Positions 7,708 through 11,424 of a DNA stretch of 11,424 nucleotides are shown piece by piece. The translations under genes were made by a program, and so were the position numbers. The notes under the pieces are model-generated. The model saw nothing but the letters and a program-made list of their open reading frames with translations, was not told the origin of the DNA and did no database searches. The DNA lies in contig CBDDUX010000102.1 in NCBI GenBank assembly GCA_965234725.1, positions 1 through 11,424 of the forward strand, read 5' to 3'. Position 1 is the stretch's first letter. The number at the start of each line of letters is the position of its first letter. This DNA is from Thermoplasmatota archaeon. GTDB lineage: Archaea; Thermoplasmatota; Penumbrarchaeia; Penumbrarchaeales; Penumbrarchaeaceae.

Positions 7708-8221
7708 CCCACTTCCACCCCCTTTTTGTATACTTGATCAGGCCGTATCCTTTCAACGCTTCCAGTTGATTCCTGATACCATTGACCGCTTCAGTATCCG
7801 TAGGATCCACCCCCAATAAAGAAAGGATATTATGGTTTGGGACCGGATTTTTAGACTCCTTCAGTAATCCTGTGAGGTCCTTGTTGAACATTCTATAGCC
7901 ATCACCGGTCTCTTCAAAGGAGATATGTTGTGCTCTCTTCATGTCATGTTCCAGGATCTCGATAAACTTTTCATGCCTCTTGTTCTGGATCTTAAGAACA
8001 CGATTTTCTTCCTTGAGAGCATTATTCTCTTTCGTCAAGGTCTCCTTTGCTTCTAACTGCTTCATCAGGTTTCCCATGATCCTTGCTTCAACCGTTTCGA
8101 TGATGAACTTGGAAAGAGAGGTTTTTTTCTCCTTCGCATACTTCTGCCACCTCTCCTTTTGCCCTTCTGTAACTAGGTAGACCTCGACCTTTCTTTTCTT
8201 GATTGTTTCGGTCTTTCCCAT
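7700..8221 (-). CDS. DNA-binding partner of the integrase: RHH-like N-terminus, coiled coil, wHTH-like C-terminus
   Basis: KVEVYL...QKERWQKYAKEKKTSLSKFIIETVE (ribbon-helix-helix pattern), a heptad region (LTKENNALKEENRVLK) and LEALKGYGLIKYTKRGWKW. Overlaps the integrase gene by 8 nt. Confidence 0.8.
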   Translation of the reverse strand: MGKTETIKKRKVEVYLVTEGQKERWQKYAKEKKTSLSKFIIETVEARIMGNLMKQLEAKETLTKENNALKEENRVLKIQNKRHEKFIEILEHDMKRAQHISFEETGDGYRMFNKDLTGLLKESKNPVPNHNILSLLGVDPTDTEAVNGIRNQLEALKGYGLIKYTKRGWKWVG

Positions 8222-8271
8222 GGACTCCGATCTACTTACTGGCCTAAATATATTTGCATGTAAAAAAAAGG

Positions 8272-8345
8272 AGCCACCGAGGGGATTCGGACCCCCGACC
8301 TTCTGATTACGAATCAGACGCTCTACCAGGCTAAGCTACGGTGGC
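8272..8345 (-). tRNA. tRNA-Thr(CGT)
   Basis: GCCACCG/CGGTGGC acceptor stem, D-arm GCTT-AGCCTGGTA-GAGC, anticodon arm TCTGA-TT CGT AA-TCAGA, T-arm GGGGG-TCCGAAT-CCCCT, U73. No CCA; T8 terminator at 8262-8269. Confidence 0.96.
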
Positions 8346-8372
8346 ATTTTTTGAGCTGATAGTGGATAATGA

Positions 8373-8387
8373 TAATTAATCGTTTTG
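8373..8387 (-). promoter_or_regulatory. BRE/TATA promoter of tRNA-Thr
   Basis: Minus strand caaaacg-attaatta, about 28 nt upstream of the mature 5' end. Confidence 0.65.
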
Positions 8388-8454
8388 TAGATGATCGGAT
8401 TACTGGTTAGTTCAGAAGGTCGGGGAATTCTAAGAAGTATCCTTTATTCGAGAT

Positions 8455-9717
8455 CTATGTTTCTTCTTCCGGGTCCTCTTCAATGGAATGGAACATCTCC
8501 CTGGACCTCTTGAGAGCGGTAAGGACAGGCATCTCCTTTCCAGAAAGGTAATTGATAAGGGCCCCTCCACCTGTTGAGACATGATCGATCCCTTTCATCT
8601 TCAGATCCTTGATGACCTGGGTCGTCTCACCTCCGCCCATTACGGAGTAACCATCCGAATCGTTGATGGCCTTGAATATCTCGATGGTCCCCTCGGAGAA
8701 TTCTGGTATCTCGTACACTCCTGCAGGTCCGTTCGCTATAATCGTTTTCGCTTCCTTGATCATTATTGAATACCTGGCGATCGTATCGATGGAGATGTCA
8801 TAGATAGGGAACTCGGTTGGAAGCTGGGATAGATGTACTCTTTCCCTCTCTCCATCCTTGTTCACAGCCATATCGGTGGGATAGAATATCTTTCCACGGT
8901 TATCTGCGATCATGTTCTTGCATCTCTCAATGAGTTCATCAGCGTCAGGAAGTTCCGATCTGATGAAATTGATATTGGGTGTTCCCAGATCGTATCCGTC
9001 CGCCCACTGGAACATTGAACCAACGACACCAACGGTCAGGAGCTTGTCAATTATCCCGTTTCCAAGCAAATTCTCAGCTACCTTGATGGAATCATCAACT
9101 TTCAGACCACCTAGGATCGCTATACAGGGCCTTTCCGGAGATTCGGTAACCTTGGCAAGGGCCTTTAATTCCTTTTCCATCAACGGACCTGCTCCGCTTG
9201 GTTTGATCTGGCAGAAACCGACAAGAGAGGGCTGCGACCTATGAACAGCTGAAAATGCATCATTAATGAAGAAGTCGGATACCTCCGCGAGTGTCTTTAC
9301 AATATGACTGTTCTCCTGGGTGACTATCGGGGCATCATTTAGTACAACATCCTCGGAATAGAACCTGGTGTTCTCAAGAAGGATGATCTCTCCCACCTTC
9401 ATGGACCTGATGGCTTCCACTGCTCTGTTGTGAAAAAGACTGTCGATATATTTCACGTCCCTTTCCAGGAGGTCGGAGAGGACCTTCGCATGCTCATTCA
9501 AGCTCACGAAATCCTTCTTTCCGGGACGGCTCTGATGGGCTAAGAGTACCAGTTTGCAGGGAGGGAACCTCTTGATGGAACTGGCATGCTCTTCGATCCT
9601 CTTTAGGGAAAGTATCTCTCCCGTATCAGGATTGATAGGAGAGTTGATGTCCACTCTCATCAGGACCGTTTTATCCTCGAGATCCAGATCGTCGATGGTA
9701 TTGAACGGCAGGACCAT
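8455..9717 (-). CDS. pgk: Phosphoglycerate kinase
   Basis: Motifs RVDINSP, AHQSRPG, LLENTRF, NDAFSAVHRSQPS, ILGGLKVDD, NGPAGVYE, GGGET and HVSTGGGA. The ATG at 9717 is preferred over the GTG at 9741 because BRE/TATA aaaactttaaa lies at 9750-9760. Confidence 0.98.
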   Translation of the reverse strand: MVLPFNTIDDLDLEDKTVLMRVDINSPINPDTGEILSLKRIEEHASSIKRFPPCKLVLLAHQSRPGKKDFVSLNEHAKVLSDLLERDVKYIDSLFHNRAVEAIRSMKVGEIILLENTRFYSEDVVLNDAPIVTQENSHIVKTLAEVSDFFINDAFSAVHRSQPSLVGFCQIKPSGAGPLMEKELKALAKVTESPERPCIAILGGLKVDDSIKVAENLLGNGIIDKLLTVGVVGSMFQWADGYDLGTPNINFIRSELPDADELIERCKNMIADNRGKIFYPTDMAVNKDGERERVHLSQLPTEFPIYDISIDTIARYSIMIKEAKTIIANGPAGVYEIPEFSEGTIEIFKAINDSDGYSVMGGGETTQVIKDLKMKGIDHVSTGGGALINYLSGKEMPVLTALKRSREMFHSIEEDPEEET

Positions 9718-9879
9718 TGGGAAGCACCGTGGTTTAATCACAGGTCTCCTTTAAAGTTTTTCCTCGAAGTGGCTCAGAAGGGAATTTGAAGGACCAAAAT
9801 ATGATTTTATTTCATAGTTGATTTGGAAACGTTAATATTTGAAGCAAGTTTATGGTGAACTGCAATACGGGGGCAGTCC

Positions 9880-11238
9880 ATGGCCAAATACCCAATAATG
9901 GTGGAGTACAGCTATGATCTCAAGGAGAATCTAGCCAGAAGGACGATCGCCCTTTTTATTGACCTTTTCATTGTCGGGATCCCGGTTTTCATCTTGTATG
10001 TCTTTTTCGGCCTGGGTGTTCTCCAGGCAAATCCAATGACGGTCCTTCTGGGCCTGATCGGACCTTTCTTCTATAAACAGCAGGTCCAGGGAGTTCAGGA
10101 GACCACTCCTTTCCTTTCCATGCTCGTGATGGTCATATTCCAGTCATTCCTGCTTCCCATCTACTATTCCTGGAGGGAATCCAACTCGAGGAGGACCGTT
10201 GGAAAATACTTGATGCATCTTGATCCCATCAGGAAAGATGGTATGTTCCCGACCAGGTGGGACGCCCTCCAGAGGAACTACATCAAATACATTGCTGGAG
10301 CCCTTGGTGCATATACGTTCGGTATCCTGGGTTGGTTCTTGTTCATCGGTGTGGCAAGTCTGATCGACCTCAAAGTGGCTCCTGAATACAAACTGGATAT
10401 CAGACAGAGGATCACAGAGGTCCCCTTCGGAACTGCAGTCCTGGTAGAGGACCCAAAGGTTGGATTGGGAAAGATCTCCATTGATGGCGGAAAATGGGCC
10501 AAGCTCAAGGATAAGGAGAAGAAGGCCAAGAAATTCGCCAAAAGGCTGAAGAAGGAAGAGAAAGCCACCCACAAAATGGAGATCGTCAACACCAAGTCCG
10601 CAATAAAGAAGGAGAAGATCAGAGAAACATTGGGAAAGTCCCATGAGAAGAACCTGTCCCTGATCCATGAGGCCGAAGAGGAAGTAAAAAGTGACCATCA
10701 CGAAAAGAAAGGGCACACACTCCTTGGAACGCCTTCCAAACCGAAGAAGGAGAAGGTACTTCTTGGCAAGGAAAAGGATGAGGATGAGATCGAAGAAGAC
10801 CTTGAGATAGATCTATCATCCGAGCCAGAGACAGAGAAGAAAGCGGAAGGGATGGAACTTTCAGCTCCCAAGAAGATAGAGAAGAAGCAAGAACAAGAAG
10901 AGGAAGCTCCAGAAGAGGAAAAAGAGGAAAAGGTATCCTTCTTCAAGAAATTATTCGGTGGATTCGGGAAGAAACATGAGGCGGAAACCGAAGAGAAAAA
11001 GGAGACAACAATCCTTGGATCCGGACTCCCTTCACTCAAAAAGGATGCTAAGAAAGATGAGACCATTCTCCAGTTCATGATGGACTTTGATATCGATGAG
11101 AAGAGGGCAGAGGGCCTCTATGGAATGGGATACAGAAGAAAAGAGGACCTGATCGATGCCATTCCCCAGGACCTGATGATAATCGAGGGCATGAATCCCA
11201 CCATCGCCAAGAGGATTATTTCAAGGGCCAGTAAGTGA
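9880..11238 (+). CDS. RDD-family membrane protein with charged linker and C-terminal helix-hairpin-helix domain
   Basis: RDD-type motifs LARRTIALFID, RTVGKYLMHL and RNYIK; a long K/E-rich region; C-terminal KRAEGLYGMGY...DLMIIEGMNPTIAKRII (HhH). Confidence 0.8.
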   Translation: MAKYPIMVEYSYDLKENLARRTIALFIDLFIVGIPVFILYVFFGLGVLQANPMTVLLGLIGPFFYKQQVQGVQETTPFLSMLVMVIFQSFLLPIYYSWRESNSRRTVGKYLMHLDPIRKDGMFPTRWDALQRNYIKYIAGALGAYTFGILGWFLFIGVASLIDLKVAPEYKLDIRQRITEVPFGTAVLVEDPKVGLGKISIDGGKWAKLKDKEKKAKKFAKRLKKEEKATHKMEIVNTKSAIKKEKIRETLGKSHEKNLSLIHEAEEEVKSDHHEKKGHTLLGTPSKPKKEKVLLGKEKDEDEIEEDLEIDLSSEPETEKKAEGMELSAPKKIEKKQEQEEEAPEEEKEEKVSFFKKLFGGFGKKHEAETEEKKETTILGSGLPSLKKDAKKDETILQFMMDFDIDEKRAEGLYGMGYRRKEDLIDAIPQDLMIIEGMNPTIAKRIISRASK

Positions 11239-11326
11239 TTTTTCACACTGATCCATCTCTGTAAGGTTCAAATAAGAGTTCGTTCTTGGGTTGAAATGAC
11301 CCAGTTTTAAGTTAGTAATGATCAAT

Positions 11327-11400
11327 GGGCCGGTAGATCAGTTCGGTAGATCGCTTGCTTCGCAAGCAAGAGGCCTCGGGTTCAAATCCCGACCGGTCCA
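11327..11400 (+). tRNA. tRNA-Ala(CGC)
   Basis: GGGCCGG/CCGGTCC acceptor stem with G3:U70, GATC/GATC D-stem, CTTGC-TT CGC AA-GCAAG anticodon arm, TCGGG-TTCAAAT-CCCGA T-arm, A73. Confidence 0.97.
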
Positions 11401-11424
11401 CTCCTATTTTGGTTTAGAACCATA

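Larger units (their letters stand above)
4600..8271 (-). mobile_element. tRNA-associated integrative element / island core (the accessory region probably extends left past base 1)
   Basis: The integrase module starts about 50 nt downstream of the tRNA-Thr 3' end. It carries orphan cargo and has a tRNA 3' fragment at the distal side. The left boundary is uncertain. Confidence 0.6.

Noticed and set aside
1..8271. Direct-repeat copy of the tRNA-Thr 3' end marking the distal att site
   Set aside because: I found no copy of gccaccgaggggattc by eye; it may lie outside the window or be eroded.
2153..11078. Antisense and alternate-frame ORFs (e.g. 2153-2704, 4081-4479, 7475-7819, 8912-9244, 10144-10716, 10698-11078)
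   Set aside because: They are shadows of well-supported genes and carry no recognisable motifs.
11287..11303. Short hairpin tgggt-N7-accca upstream of tRNA-Ala
   Set aside because: A 5-bp stem is within chance expectation.

Overview
Archaeal chromosomal window, most consistent with a Thermoplasmatota-like host (inferred from BRE/TATA promoters, tRNAs without encoded CCA and an archaeal-type PGK). The right part (about 8270-11424) is core genome: tRNA-Thr(CGT), pgk, an RDD+HhH membrane protein and tRNA-Ala(CGC). Directly downstream of tRNA-Thr, running leftwards, is an accessory island headed by an overlapping two-gene module (RHH/coiled-coil/wHTH protein plus tyrosine recombinase). It continues with two orphan genes, an 870-bp non-coding region dense in palindromes (a dif-like 11-6-11 site and three periodic ATATGTA-N6-TACATAT sites), a four-gene block (tandem Lrp/AsnC regulator, small protein, degenerate CPBP membrane protein, PH-like protein) bounded by 39-bp direct repeats and a foreign tRNA 3' half, and a two-gene surface-protein module bounded by related variable-loop hairpins. 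The layout resembles a cassette-accumulating locus served by a non-IntI tyrosine recombinase. The repeats are seen in the sequence; the mechanism is inference.
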